Below the pieces are notes generated by a model. It was not told where the DNA came from. It worked only from the letters and a program-made list of their open reading frames with translations, and made no database searches. This document shows, one piece after another, positions 50,684 to 64,000 of a DNA stretch of 64,000 nt (the first letter of the stretch is position 1; each line of letters opens with the position of its first letter). The position numbers and the translations under genes were made by a program. Source of the stretch: Octopus vulgaris (Eukaryota); NCBI GenBank assembly GCA_951406725.2, contig OX597818.1:72044001-72108000 (forward strand), written 5' to 3'.

Positions 50684-51520
50684 CAGTGGCTACTGCCGTG
50701 ATGACCGTTGGGTGGCAGAAAAAAAAAAAAAAAAAAAAAATATACATCATGTTTTATGTGTGTGTGTGTTCTCATCTAAACCTGCCTTGTCAAGGAAACC
50801 CCCCGCTGTGAAAAAACCAAGCCCCGTTTGTCTTACAGGAGTAATTCCCCTTGCAGTGGTTAATCGTAGATATCTTAAAGGCTATTTCAGAATTTGTTAC
50901 CAAGGGCTATGGGTGCCGGTATTATTTATAAACGCTATTTAAAAGCCAGATAAGTGTAACGCCGCCAATGGGGGCATCGAAAAGCCGACTGTATATATAT
51001 ATATATATTTACATTCACATACACACATACATACACATGAACACTCAACTACAATCGCGTTGCTGTGTGTGCAAATATATATGACAGTCCGGGTACTAGC
51101 TACATAAGCGATGATTAATCGTTATGTAAGGTTTTAAGTATTGTAATCCGAGAAAGTATGAGAAATAAGTATAAATCTGAAAAGGTCTAATAAGAACGAA
51201 ATAGTTATCTCTCTTACTTGTCAAATTGACTGAATACACACATGCACACATATATGCATTATATACATACATATATATTATGTATTATATATATACATGC
51301 ATACACATAGACACATACACACATACATATATATTATAAATATATAAAGAACTTCAGTCTTCAGAGTTGAGATGGTACGTTCGAAGACTCCTTGCTATAC
51401 ACACACTCAAAAGAAAGAGAGAGTGAGAGAGAGAAAGAGAGAGAGAGAGAGTGAGTGAGTGAATGAGTGAGTGAGTGAGTGAGTGAGTGAGTGAGTGAGT
51501 GAGAGAGAGTAAGAGAGAGA

Positions 51521-51589
<69 letters not shown>

Positions 51590-51865
51590 TATGTACACTG
51601 ACAGTAACCATGCAGCACACTAGAATACTCTCCGAAACCCAAGAAACACACATGTGCACACACTCTCAAACGCATACATACTCACACAAGCACGCACACA
51701 CACACACGCACACACACACACACACACATACACATACACATGCACACACACGCACACACTCACTGTCTCTCACACACATCAACAGCCGCACACACTCTCA
51801 CATTCATTCACATACACACATACATAGATTCATACACAAAAAAGTTCATTATATGATTTATTTGC

Positions 51866-53013
51866 GGTTCTGAAATTCTAATATTTACTGTGAAAAATCT
51901 GCAAAGTGTGGCTTTATATCAACAAGTACCTGGACTACTTCTGTAGCACGCCAACAGATGGCAGTATACGGCTGCGTGCGCTGTGAGAGCTAGCAGGGGC
52001 AGCATGTCAAGTGTCATCGGTGTGTTTATTTCGCAAGTTGTGAAATTTGTGTTTTTGTGATCACGTGTACGCTGTAGTCTACGATTTTGTCATGGACAGA
52101 AACAAAGAGCCAACGTAAAGCTTTCCGTTAAACTTGGAAAGTTTGCTACAGAGACATTGAGCATGCTTCGACAAACTTACGGTTACGAGGAATTGGGTCG
52201 TACGCAATGTTTCGAGTGGCACAGGTGCTTCAAAAGTGGAAGAACGAGCTCGGAAGACGATGAGTAATCTGGTTCAAAAATTCTAACATTTACTGTGAAA
52301 AATCTGCAAATGTGCAAAAGGCATCCTGCTGCGCTATAGATTATAGAAAACTTGAAAATTGTGTCCCTAAATAAGAACGAAGATTTTAGAAGAGAAAGTT
52401 ACACCTAAGTGTCATTGGGAAGGCCTTCACCCGTGTAGTCTGGAATAAACTGAAGAAAATCGCTGATGGAGGATATTGCGAGTTTTAGTGTCTTCGAGTC
52501 ACCCCAGAAATGTGGCATTCTTCCCCCAAGGCTAGATCGTCAATCGAGAGTACTACTGTGACGTTTTGAAGCATTTTAGGGAGAACACACGGCAAAAGCG
52601 ACCGAATCAGAGGAGCGCAAAGAATTAGATTCTTTACGACGACAATGTACCCTGTCTCCAAGCTCTTTTCACTTTAAATTTTCTCGCTAAAAACAACATG
52701 GTATCGCTTCCGCACCCATCCTATTCGCCAGATTTAGTACCTGCATACTTCCATCTCTTTCCCACGATGAAAATGCAACTCAAAAGGCGCCGTTTTAACA
52801 CTGTTGTCGAGACCCAGAGCGAATCGCAGAAGATTCTCCACTAGCTTACGGAAAACGACTTCCAGGACAGATTTTAAAAGTGGCAGAAACGCCGGGACGG
52901 GTGCATTGCTATGCAAGGTGACTATTTCGAAGGAGATGATGTCAAAACTTAAGTAAATAAGCTATTTTTTTTATCAAACATAACTAGTTCGGGAACCTTT
53001 TGATACCACCTTG
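51866..53013 (+). mobile_element. Rearranged, internally deleted mariner
   Basis: HTH remnant (LRQTYGYEELGRTQCFEWHRCFKSGRTSSEDD), C-terminal HPSYSPDLVP..F.LFP.MK and a right TIR GGAACCTTTTGATACCACCTTG + TA. Confidence 0.8.
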
Positions 53014-53175
53014 TATATGACGTAAAGGACCAAACCTTTGCAGTACAGTAAAGGCACAGTGGCGCGTAGTGTGACCTTTATTTTTCTGATTTTGCTCAAC
53101 AGATCTTAAATGGTGTATCTTAAATATTAGTTATTCAGGGATATGTTTTGAGATGAAGTGGTTATTAATTTAGAC

Positions 53176-54226
53176 CAGTGGTTCTCAACCATTTTTTGGC
53201 TGTGGACCCCTTTGATTTGTATTTTACTCAGTAGGGCATAACTCTCATAGCCATTCGATTTAAAATTTTTTATAATTAAATGTTTTTAGGAATTGTGTAA
53301 AAAAATGTTTAAATGTTTTGTGTATTGCAGAAATATAACCAGTTTATTCCTTACTAGCAGCATAGCCCGGCGTTGCCCGGGTATGTAAGAGCCCCTAGTA
53401 GGCAACGACTAATCCCAATCTAGTCCTTTCCCTCTAGGGAACGAAGGCGCATGTGTAGGTTGCAATGTCTTCTCTTCACTCCCAAATAACTATCAAACAG
53501 CTATCGATAATTCAACCCAACCAATTCCTACCAGGAAGAAATTACATTCGAGACTTTACCCCCAACACCACCACTTCTGCTAATAGCTGCTGCAGCCGCA
53601 AGTTATTCGAATACTTTTTTTGTTTACACTTTCTTTATAACTACCACCTCAAACGTTTTACCTTAAATTTTTGACGTACCCTAAGGGTCCTCGGACGCTA
53701 CTTGCAAACTCTTGGTTTATTATAAACCGCTTTTGTCGTGTGCACCAAAAAACCTTTTCCATTCGTTTGTTCAGTTTGGTCACTTTTGACTTTTTCGTTG
53801 TTGTCACTCACATTGCTGCCCGCTTTTTTGCCGTTTTTGTACATTGTTATACATTTTGGGATACTTACCCCACGTGTTCCGAGAGTTAAAAAGGTCGAGT
53901 TGCGTCCCCTAGACATTCTGTAGAAAATGTGTTGCATATAAAAAGCTTAGATTCTCGACCCATGTCGAATTTATCGATTTTTTTCAGAACTGGGGGAACT
54001 TTTCAAAATTTTCGCTACGTTAGTTTTGAATTATGACATTGGGCTATGTGTGTGTCAAGTTTCATCAGAATCGGTTGAAAGCCGTGGTCAGGGTGAGGGT
54101 ACAACCTGACAGACACACAGACACACAAACAGACAAACTGCCGTTTATATATAGAGAGATGAATTTTAGCAAGAAAATATCATTTGGTTACCGAAGGGCC
54201 ATATGGACCCTGGTTGAGAACCATTG
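53176..54226. mobile_element. hAT (Charlie-like) MITE split by a Helitron
   Basis: TIRs CAGTGGTTCTCAACC and GGTTGAGAACCATTG; imperfect 8-bp flanks ATTTAGAC / ATTTATCT. Confidence 0.75.
53354..54159 (-). mobile_element. Complete non-autonomous Helitron
   Basis: Minus strand reads A|TCTCTCTATATATAAAC...(GTCTGT)n at the 5' end and a CCCGG gcaacg CCGGG hairpin then CTAG|T at the 3' end. It is inserted between A and T with no TSD. Confidence 0.88.
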
Positions 54227-55100
54227 ATTTATCTACTGATGAAAAGACTGCCCAATCCTTCTTTACTCGAACTGCACACGCTGGAGTTACACCTCTGACA
54301 TTTTGTAAATGTAATGAACATGTTTGTTTTAATTTATAATTAACTGCATGAACCCTACAAAACTAACAGATTCCAAATATGTATGGAACTTTCGTCGGTT
54401 TCGGCGAAGAGTATTCATTGGTTCGGTCAATTGAATTACCTCCCCATTGAATTAACTTTTTAGTGGCTGTATTTCCCGAAGACATGTGCCCTAAGGTAGT
54501 TTTCAGGCAGCAGAATCAGTTGACACTGTGATAAGGCTGAACCTTTGAATGATATAGACAACCTAGCCAACGAGCTTCTCTACAGTTTCCTGGTGTTGCT
54601 GTTGTTGCTCTAATACAGCATTCCAGCCATGACCATCACAATTTTTCCCAATCAATAAACAATCCAAAATCACATCATCCGAAATGATTGTAAGACAGCC
54701 TCGAGTGATTTGAGGGAAATTTCACTGTTATTTCTAACTATGTACTCTCTTCCTCGTTGTTTTGCGTTGTTGCAGTGGTAACTGTTTGTGTTTTATCGTT
54801 GTTGTTTTTGTTTTTGTTGTATAGACTTAATCTTTGTGTGTGATTACTGTTTTACAAATTCCAAAATTTGTTACGCTCAACAGGTAAGAAAAGAAAGTCA
54901 CGACTCTTTACCAATATCACTACCGCCACCGCCACCACCACAGCCATCACCACCACCACCACCACCACCACCACCACCACCACCACCACCGCCGCCGCCG
55001 ACGCCTCCGCGACCGCCACCGCTGTTCCTGCCGCTACCGTCAACATTGTCGGCACACACCTGACCACAATGGCCGGCACCATTCCAAAAATAAATATATT

Positions 55101-55119
55101 TGACGTCATTGTGACGTCA
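55101..55119. promoter_or_regulatory. Two perfect CRE palindromes (TGACGTCA-TTG-TGACGTCA), with a third at 55644-55651
   Basis: Motif matches only; no functional data. Confidence 0.4.
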
Positions 55120-56534
55120 GCCTCGCGATGAGGTAGAGAGGGAAAGCAAAAGAGAATACGACCAAAACAAATACGTACACACACACAGACACACACACAC
55201 ACACACACACACACATACCACAAAGTTAAATAAATCAAAGTTAAATAAATCAGTGTATGTAGGTATATACACATGTGTATGCATGGTTTTAGGTATTTAT
55301 ATAAATGTCTGTATGTGTGTGTTAATGTGCCTGTGTGCGAAAAAGATTGCATATACAAATACAAACATAAATACAAGTACGTAAATAATGATACGTGCGT
55401 ACAGACGGTCGCACATACGCACACAAACACACACACACACTCACACACACACACGCGCACACACCTGTTTGCTTACTGTGTATATATGTATGTATCTATA
55501 TATATATGTATATATACGCACACATGTATGCGCGTGTATGTGTCTGTTTTGTGTGTGTGTGTGTGTGTGTATGTATGTGTGCGTGTTTGTAACTTCATTA
55601 GCGGAGACGGTGGAAATTCTTAGTGTATTTACCTTTTGCATATTGACGTCAGACTAATGATGATGATGATGAAGTGGGGTACAAATATAACAATGATATT
55701 AATACTTTTTATGAAGTCATATAAATAAATGTTACCCCAAATAATTTTTGAATAAATTAATGAGAAATTAAATAATATCGATGTGAGAATAATGATACCG
55801 AAATGTTGATAAGATTATATCCAGAGGGATTCTTCAACCACTTTTGTGCGATTATAATGTGGCTAAGGACCGAGGTCAGTTGAAGTCCGTTCAGTTTCTT
55901 AGAGTACTTCTCATCGCATTTCTTTCTCTTCCTACCCCTTTCTCACACCGCTCATCTTTTCACTATTGCCGTCATCTCGTTGCTACTGCATTCATTAAAT
56001 CCTCTTTTCTATCAAATCAGCCAGAATTAGTTGAAATGCTGTTGTAGAGTTTCATTTCGGAAAACCATTTTGGCGGGAACTACAATCAGATTTATATTGT
56101 CTTGGCTTGTCTTTGTGACAGAGAAACAAAGTTAGAAGCGTTTTTTTTATTATCTCCTGTGTCATTCTTGATCGAAGATATGTCCTTAATAGAGATAAAT
56201 TTTTTTAGGTATAGTAGGAATCACCCTTTAAGGTAAACACTGGTATGTTAAAGGTACTTACGGCACTCTGTCTCCAAATGCATGAATCAATGGCTCATTA
56301 GACAGTGAAGCAGCTTTGTTGGTGTTTCGGCCCCTTTCACTGCAACGTCAAAGTGCCTGGGGTCACATACCATTGTAAGCGACTAAACTTCCGCATAAGA
56401 GCACGAGTTTTGCTGAGTCAGATATTGCGACTCTAGGTTAGATGTTCCTTTGTGGTTAATTCAGAATTTGTACGTACGGGTTTTTTCTTTTCTGTAATTT
56501 ATTAAAACAAAAGTAGGGTTTAAAACATTACAGT

Positions 56535-56990
56535 ATTTTGCAACATAATCATCCTTGCTTTTCCATACATTTCTTCCAGAGGTCCATAGGCTTGCTTATT
56601 CTATCAGAGAAGGTTTTCAGCTGGTTGCGCAGCCAATTACGCACCGCTTCATGCGCTTCTTCGTCCGCAGCACATCGACGACCACATAAAAGATGCCTGA
56701 GCAGTCCAAAGAGGTAGCAGTTTTAAGGGGCGAAATCTGGATTGTATGCAATGTGTTCCAGCAACTCGAAATACAATTTTTTTAATGACTTCAAAGGTGT
56801 GGGCGGTCGTGTGTGGGCGGTTGTGTGTAGGCGGCCGTATGTGGGCATGCATTTCGTGCGACAATAGCACGTTTCGACAGTAGGCCTCGGCGTTTGGTGC
56901 GAATTGCTGTTCTCCGTTTGTTGACCAGTATTTCACTGCAACCAACACGGTTGACTGTAGAACTCTTTTCCAGAAGATCATCTTTAGAAG
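56535..56990 (-). mobile_element. Mariner C-terminal relic
   Basis: Minus-strand LLEHIAYNPDFAP..YLFG, EAVRNWLRNQ and WKKCMEKQG motifs. Confidence 0.75.
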
Positions 56991-57669
56991 TATGTCTCTA
57001 AACTTAAACCTAACTTGTAACACACCTGATCAAATTGTTTCTCGATAGAAATTATCATCGAATTTACGACCTTAAAATCTATCTCTCCCTCCCCTCCCAC
57101 TTTCTTTCTCTCTCCCTAATGCTAATGCTCTCGAGCCTCTCGCTTGAGTCTTAACACAAAATAACCTGTCATTGCCTTTTGCATAATGTTATCATAAATG
57201 CTATCAAATGAAAGAAAAATAGGGTTGTAATCATGGAAAAGATAGGGTTGTAAGATCATATTATGTGAGGGTAGTATGGTCTTATGGGAATTGGAATATT
57301 TAGAAAGTTCAAAACACAAAAAATGGAAAAGCGGTGATGTGTAGAGAAGCAAAGTGGGGGCGCAATGGCCTACATTAGGGTGTTGCACTGACTGGGAGTG
57401 CGTAGAATTCTTGAGCAAAGAATTTCATCTCACGTTGCACTGCGAACACTTCGGCAACTGAGGTTTGGTATGCGGTACACCTGTTCAGACTACGTCGATT
57501 TCATGTAGCCAGTGAAAAAATCTGCAACACAAACATTTGATCACAATAAACAAATCATACGTGTAGGCTTTCATGACTACGAGAGACTGTGTGAGTGTGT
57601 GTATATATCTATATACAGATATACATATGTATGTATATATATGTATGTGGAAGTGTGCTTATGTATGTT

Positions 57670-57743
<74 letters not shown>

Positions 57744-57747
57744 AATG

Positions 57748-57923
57748 TGACCGCGTGTGTACCTTTGTCTTCCCTTCTCTGGATCTTTCCTTCTCCTATG
57801 TTTCCGACGAAGAGCTCCGCTCGAAACGTTAAACCCTCCTTCTTTCCTGAGCGTCCAATAATACTATATTTGTTCCACGTCCTCGCGTTGTTGTGTTTTT
57901 TTGTACTTTCTTGTTTGGATTAA

Positions 57924-57925
<2 letters not shown>
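57748..57925 (+). mobile_element. Family H1 second copy with a hammerhead variant at 57800-57834
   Basis: gttt-CCGACGA-a-GAGC tcc GCTC-GAAACGTT-aaac: perfect stem I with a U4-to-C change in the core. Confidence 0.8.
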
Positions 57926-57996
<71 letters not shown>

Positions 57997-60257
57997 GTAT
58001 ATGTTGTGTATATGTAAGTGCGCGTCTATTACCTTTGCTCTCACGCAATTTATTTCTGCAACCAAGTTTTGCTTCCTTATCTATGAACATCAAAGATTTA
58101 TATTTTCTAAACGTGTCTAACAGTTTATTTGTCCGTGTGTGTATATATATATATATGTATATATGTGTATATATGTGTATATATATAATGTATGTATGTG
58201 TATATATATAAATATATATGTATGTATGCATATATACGTATTATATATACATATATACATACACTCGCACATGCGCTTATATGTATATATTCAGGCATGT
58301 GTGTTGCATATATATATATATATATATATATATGCATACATACATACAGACACACACACACACACACACACACAAGCACACACACATACATATTGGTTTC
58401 AAATTTTCGCACAAGACCCACAATTTCGAGGGAAGTGTTAGTCGATTAAATTGACCCCTGTGTTCAACTGATACGTATTTTATCGATCCCAAAATTATGT
58501 CAACCTCAGCCGTATTTGAACTCAGAACGTGAAGGACAAATGCACCTAAGCATTTTGCCCTGTGTGCTAACGATTCAGCGAGCTCGTCGCCTTTGTGTAT
58601 ATATATATATATGACAGAGGTTTGGATTTTACAAACTTTGTGTGTACGCACACACACACACGCATACGCACGCGCACACATACATGCACACGCGCACACA
58701 CATGCACACAAGTGTGTGTGTCTGTATGAGAACAAGAAAACTTACGCCGTAACTTAGAATGAAGCAACAACAGAAATGAACAAGTTAGACTATTAAGGAC
58801 AGAACGCTCTCGTATATTTGCTCCATTAAATTACTTTTAAGGACCATAAATCTAATCCCTTTTCCAACCCTGAATTCAGGTTGATTAACTCTTCTAAAAG
58901 TGAGGTAATTTTAGGGTGTAGGCGTTCACTCAATGCTATTAGTCTTGATATAAGAAGGGTTTGTAAAGAGATTAATCCAATAAAATTGCTTTGTAGCCAT
59001 AAGCAACTGGTTCTGTGGTATCAAGGACAAGGCAGCTTGAAACCTTACCGAATTCAATTTCGTACAGTTTTATCTCTCTATAGCTAAACCACCATCTTCG
59101 AGTTCTATTGTATTATAACTATTAACATAAATTTTACAATAATTATGTCAAACAAGAATCCACTCTTGTGAAGTTACGATTCCTGACTTTTCTTTCGGTA
59201 TCTTAATCGGCAGTTAAAACTGAACTGAGGCCGCAGATCTCGCTGGATTATCTATTATCTTTTATGTTTTAGTCATTTGGCTACAACAAAGGGTACGTCG
59301 AACGAATCACCCTAGAACTTATTTTTAAGCGTAGCACTTATTCCATTGATCTCTGTTGCCTACCCACAAAGCTAAGAGGACAACCTGGTGTTGCACAAAT
59401 ACTATACCAATTCAAATACACACATACGCACATACACGCCCGCATACATATATCTATCTTTACTCATAATTTCTGTCTACCTTAAGAAACGCACACCCTC
59501 TTAATTTACATTAGAGCTTTGGAAACTTAAACGTAATCTCCATCAAAAACATAACAAAATATAGCCATAGGAATTGTAACCATACTATCTGCAATCAGAA
59601 ATACTGTAGTAAGCATCAATAAAAGTATTTCTAATCTATTTTCAAAGTAATATCCTTGATAGCATCGTGACTCATTACAATGGGGTGTTAGTAAGTCTAT
59701 AAATAAATGTATATCTATAAATGTATAAATGTATATGAATGATCTCTCACTTGAAGAAATGAATCAAAAAGAAAAAAAAAATAATAACCTCGTATAACAC
59801 TCCATTCACCCTAGATGTCACCATAATCTTTCATTCGATCTTGATGTAACCATAAATTTAGTTAGGAAGTCCTTATCCCTAATTTAACATTTCCCGAACA
59901 CAAACTTATCATACATTCTTTAATACGCTAAATGTTAACATAATCTACTCTTAGCCCGACAATATACCATCCAGTTTCGAACACTACAATAGAAAGAAAG
60001 ACACACGTGCAAGCAACTGTCTTATATAAAAACAACTCCCCACGAAAAAGAAAATTTCTCTGAGATAGCCGTCCGTTAGGCGATTTTCAGTCCACAAGAC
60101 CCTCAGACATAGAATATTGTCGACAGTCACAAATTGAAATATGATTTAAACAGCCTATGACAACAATACTTACTTATCATCCGATGACAATATATCTCAT
60201 CTAAATGCTGCAATAGCCTTGTTACTCAGTACGATTAGAAATATTTTCTCACAAGGC

Positions 60258-60419
60258 ACAGGTGTGGATGTGCGGTAAGAAGCTTGCTTCCCAATCACTT
60301 GGTTCCAGGTTCAGTCCTACTGTGTAGCACCTTGGGCAAGTGTCTTTTACTATAGCCTGGGGCCGACCAAAGCACAGTGAGTGGATTTGGTAGACGGAAA
60401 CTGAAAGAAGCCTGTCGTA

Positions 60420-60468
<49 letters not shown>

Positions 60469-60670
60469 GTGTTTGCCTCTCCACAATCGCTCGTCAACCG
60501 ATGTTGGTGTGTTTACATCCCTGTAACTTAGTGGCTCGGCAAAAGGGTTCAATAGAATAAATACCAGGCTTACAAAGAATAAGTCCAGGTGTCGATTTGT
60601 TCGACTAAAAGGCGGCGCTCCAGCCACAGTTAAAATACCAAGTCAAAATGACTGCAACAAGTAAAAGAGT
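60258..60670 (+). mobile_element. SINE family C copy
   Basis: Colinear with 28249-28655. A further decayed, split copy lies at about 61175-61325 and 61750-61945. Confidence 0.85.
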
Positions 60671-60709
60671 GAAGTATTGCGATCCTGAGTAAAAATAATA
60701 TATACAAAA

Positions 60710-61530
60710 TATACAAAATGGGTTATAAAGAGCATGGGGAGAGATACACCTCTCGTAAGGGAAGACTACGTTGAAACTCTTATAAGGTACTTAATTGATA
60801 TACACCAACGCTTTGTAAACTGATCGAGAAGCAAATGGATTCACATTCCAAACAGCATTAAAAGGACGGAATATTGGTTTCAAATTTTGGCACAAGACCA
60901 GCAATTTCCGGGAAGGGGATAAGTTGATTATGTCGACCTATTGAGCTCAACTCGACCCCGAAAGGATGAAAGGGAAAGTCGACCTTGGAGGCGTTTGAAC
61001 TCAGAATATAAAGACGGAGGAAATGCCACCAAAGGATAGAATATTAGGGCGAATTTTCGGTGGATGTTACAGGGTATTATATATTCCAGCGATCCACAAG
61101 ACTTGGCCTCTCACTTGTCCACTATAACCTAAAAGCTCCTAATGGAAGGTTTTCTAATCGCCTGTGGCGAGAGCGCGTGGCTATGTGGTAAGAGGTTTGT
61201 TTCCCAAACCCATTGTTCCAGGTTCAATGTCGGGCAGGTGTTTTCTGATATAGTCTCAGGTCAATCAAAGAGTTTTCAGTAGATATGTGAATTTCGCGAA
61301 GGGAAACGGAAAGAAACCCACCATATATATATATATATACACACACACATATATGTATACATACATATATGTATGTGTGTGTGTATATATATGTGAATCC
61401 ATTTGCTTCTCGATTAGTTTACAAAGCGTCGGTGTATATCAATTAAGTACCTTATAAGAGAGTTTCAACGCAGTCTTCCCTTACGAGAGGTGCCTCTCTC
61501 CCCATGCTCTTTATAACCCATTTTGTATAT
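60710..61530. repeat. About 137-bp inverted arms bracketing SINE fragments
   Basis: 60710-60846 is the reverse complement of 61391-61530 (ATATACAAAATGGGTTATAAAGAGCATGGG...GAGAAGCAAATGGATTCACAT). Confidence 0.9.
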
Positions 61531-62219
61531 TACCTTAGTGTCTTTTGTCGTCTTTTTTTTCTCGAAAATATTTGCCAAACTCCTTCGTCGAACATATGAA
61601 TATATGTATACATATGAATATATATATATATATATACATATGTATATATGTATATAAATTTATATACATATGTATATATACATATGTATATATGTATGTA
61701 TGTGTACATGTGCGTGTGTGTGTGCGTGTGCATGTGTGTGTGTGTGTATGTTCGTCTCGTACCGTCGTTTGGCACCCGTTGTTTATCTAAATTCTCGTAA
61801 CTTATCGGCTATCGGTTCAGCCAAATTAACTGACAGACTACTAAATAAATAAATAGGTACTAGGGTTGATATGTTCAGCTAAATCTTTTAAGGTGGTACT
61901 CCAGCATGGCTGCAGTCCAATGACTGAAACAAGTAAACTATAAAAAATAATTCGGCGAGGAGTAGAAAGCAGTTAAATCAAGAACGTGGTTTCACAGCCA
62001 TGTGTAGGTGGTTGACCTCTTAAACCTGAACAGTGTTTTAATTAATGTTTTATTGTATTCTTTTATTTTTCATGCATTTATTAGATTTAAAAAAAAAATT
62101 TAAAACTAACTCAGCTTCGTTTTTATATAAACTCTTTGACCCACATGTATTTGGAAGTCTTCTCTTTTACGCACACTTCGAGGCCTTGTAGCTCAAAAAA
62201 AGATCATGATAGTCGACAT

Positions 62220-62284
<65 letters not shown>

Positions 62285-62329
62285 ATACTACTACTACTAC
62301 TGCTACTACTACTACTACTACTACTATTA

Positions 62330-63000
62330 GGTGGCGAGCTGGCAGAATCGTTAGCACGCCGAGCGAAATGCTTAGCTGTATTTCGTCTGCCGCTACGTTC
62401 TGAGTTCAAATTCCGTCGAGGTCGACTTTGCCTTTCATCCTTTCGGGGGTCGATTAAATACGTACCAGTTACGCACTGGGGTCGACATAATCGACTTAAT
62501 CCGTTTGTCTGTCCTTGTTTGTCCTCTCTGTGTTTAGCCCCTTGTGGGTAGTAAAGAAATAGGCATTTCGTTTGCCGTTACGTTCTGAGTTCAAATTCCG
62601 CCGAGGTCGACTTTGCCTTTCATCCTTTCGGGGTCGATAAATTAAGTATCAGTGAAACACCGGGTTCGACTAGTCCCCTCCCCCAAAATTTCAGGCCTTG
62701 TGACTTTAGCAGAAAGGATTATTATTATCATATAGCTCTTACATGCTAATTTAATTAGCAGGAATATTATATAGAAGTTTGGTGACAAGTCTTTTCAGAA
62801 TCGTTAGCACGCCGGGCAAAATGTTTAGCGGCATTTCGTCTGTCTTTACGATCTATGCTCAAATTCCGCCGAGGTCGACTTTGACTTTCATCCTTACAAG
62901 GTAGGTAAAATAAGTACCAGTTGAGCACTTGGGTCGATGTAATCGACTAGTCCCCACCCCACAATATTTCTGGCATTGTGCCTTTAGTAGAAAGGATTAT
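62330..63000 (+). mobile_element. Three tandem SINE family A copies (further copies at about 33180, 34490, 58395 and 60875)
   Basis: Repeated TTCAAATTCCG.CGAGGTCGACTTTG.CTTTCATCCT core with (ATT)n tails. Confidence 0.9.
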
Positions 63001-63051
63001 TATTATTATGGCTGTTGTTGCTGTTGTTGTTGTTGTTATTGTTATTATTAA

Positions 63052-63094
<43 letters not shown>

Positions 63095-63482
63095 GACATA
63101 CAACGAGTCAGACCTGTTTTGTATTTCGCTGCCTCTTGAGTGTTTTCCATTTCTGTTGATTACATTTTCTGATTAATACTTGAAGAACACGGCCAGATTT
63201 CAAAGAAATATCTTGTTTATTTTTCAACTTTTTATTTAACAGCCAGACATTTGCAGATTTTTATTGTAAACACCCTTACATCTGTAGCAGCAGCATCTGA
63301 AGCAGTAGCTGAAGCAGTAGTTGGAGGAAATTCCGATTATGGTTGTAGTAACCATGATATTGAAGAAGATGATACATCCTCTCCAATAGAATGAATTTGG
63401 AGATTTGAAAGCCAAACGATTCAATATATAGAGAAACATGAGAATATTAGAAATAATTAAAAATAGTAACAACAACAACGTT

Positions 63483-63800
<318 letters not shown>

Positions 63801-64000
63801 GTAGTTTGAGTACATTATTTTAGATAACAGAGATAATTAGAAGGAATTTAGTTATTTGTCTTAAGTTTTCAATTGCTAACACAAAACTCATGGTCTGTGA
63901 GTTTAGTGTTAGCAATAATTCGTATTAAATGATTCTGAATAATCGTGTAATGCGACTAAACTCGCAATAATTCAAAAGCCTCCGTGAAGACTGTCACTGG

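Noticed and set aside
59480-60240. Possible decayed coding sequence on the minus strand
   Set aside because: No motif could be assigned in any frame, so it is left unannotated.
60748-60790. Hammerhead-like ACCT-CTCGTAA...GAAAC...AGGT in the inverted arms
   Set aside because: The core deviates at several invariant positions and stems II and III do not form.

Overview
AT-rich eukaryotic DNA saturated with microsatellites and transposable elements. I recognise no host protein-coding gene, so it is probably intronic or intergenic. The repeat inventory (tRNA-derived SINE families, R4/Dong-type, RTE, Tx1 and CR1-like LINEs, Penelope relics, very long (TA)n, (TATG)n and (TATC)n tracts) suggests a coleoid cephalopod such as Octopus, but that is inference. 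Most ORFs in the supplied track are microsatellite artefacts. The real coding remnants are all transposon-derived: Tc1 DD36E, DD37D-like, several mariners, an uninterrupted 5'-truncated RTE reverse transcriptase, a Penelope GIY-YIG endonuclease and a gag-only LTR element with ~120-bp LTRs. The signals most worth follow-up are RNA-level. (1) Type I hammerhead ribozymes sit in short non-coding repeats: an intact one at 21635-21727 with an inverted copy at 50242-50335, minimal ones at 20999 and 57800, and degenerate ones at 30646 and 37091. (2) A conserved multi-branch RNA fold with a variable-length hairpin marks the exact 5' end of two different RTE-derived elements (12098 on +, 25930 on -); it is a candidate uncharacterised ribozyme or structured RNA. 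(3) Long fold-back inverted repeats are dense. (4) A double CRE motif recurs at two sites. All calls were made by eye and boundaries of degraded elements are approximate.
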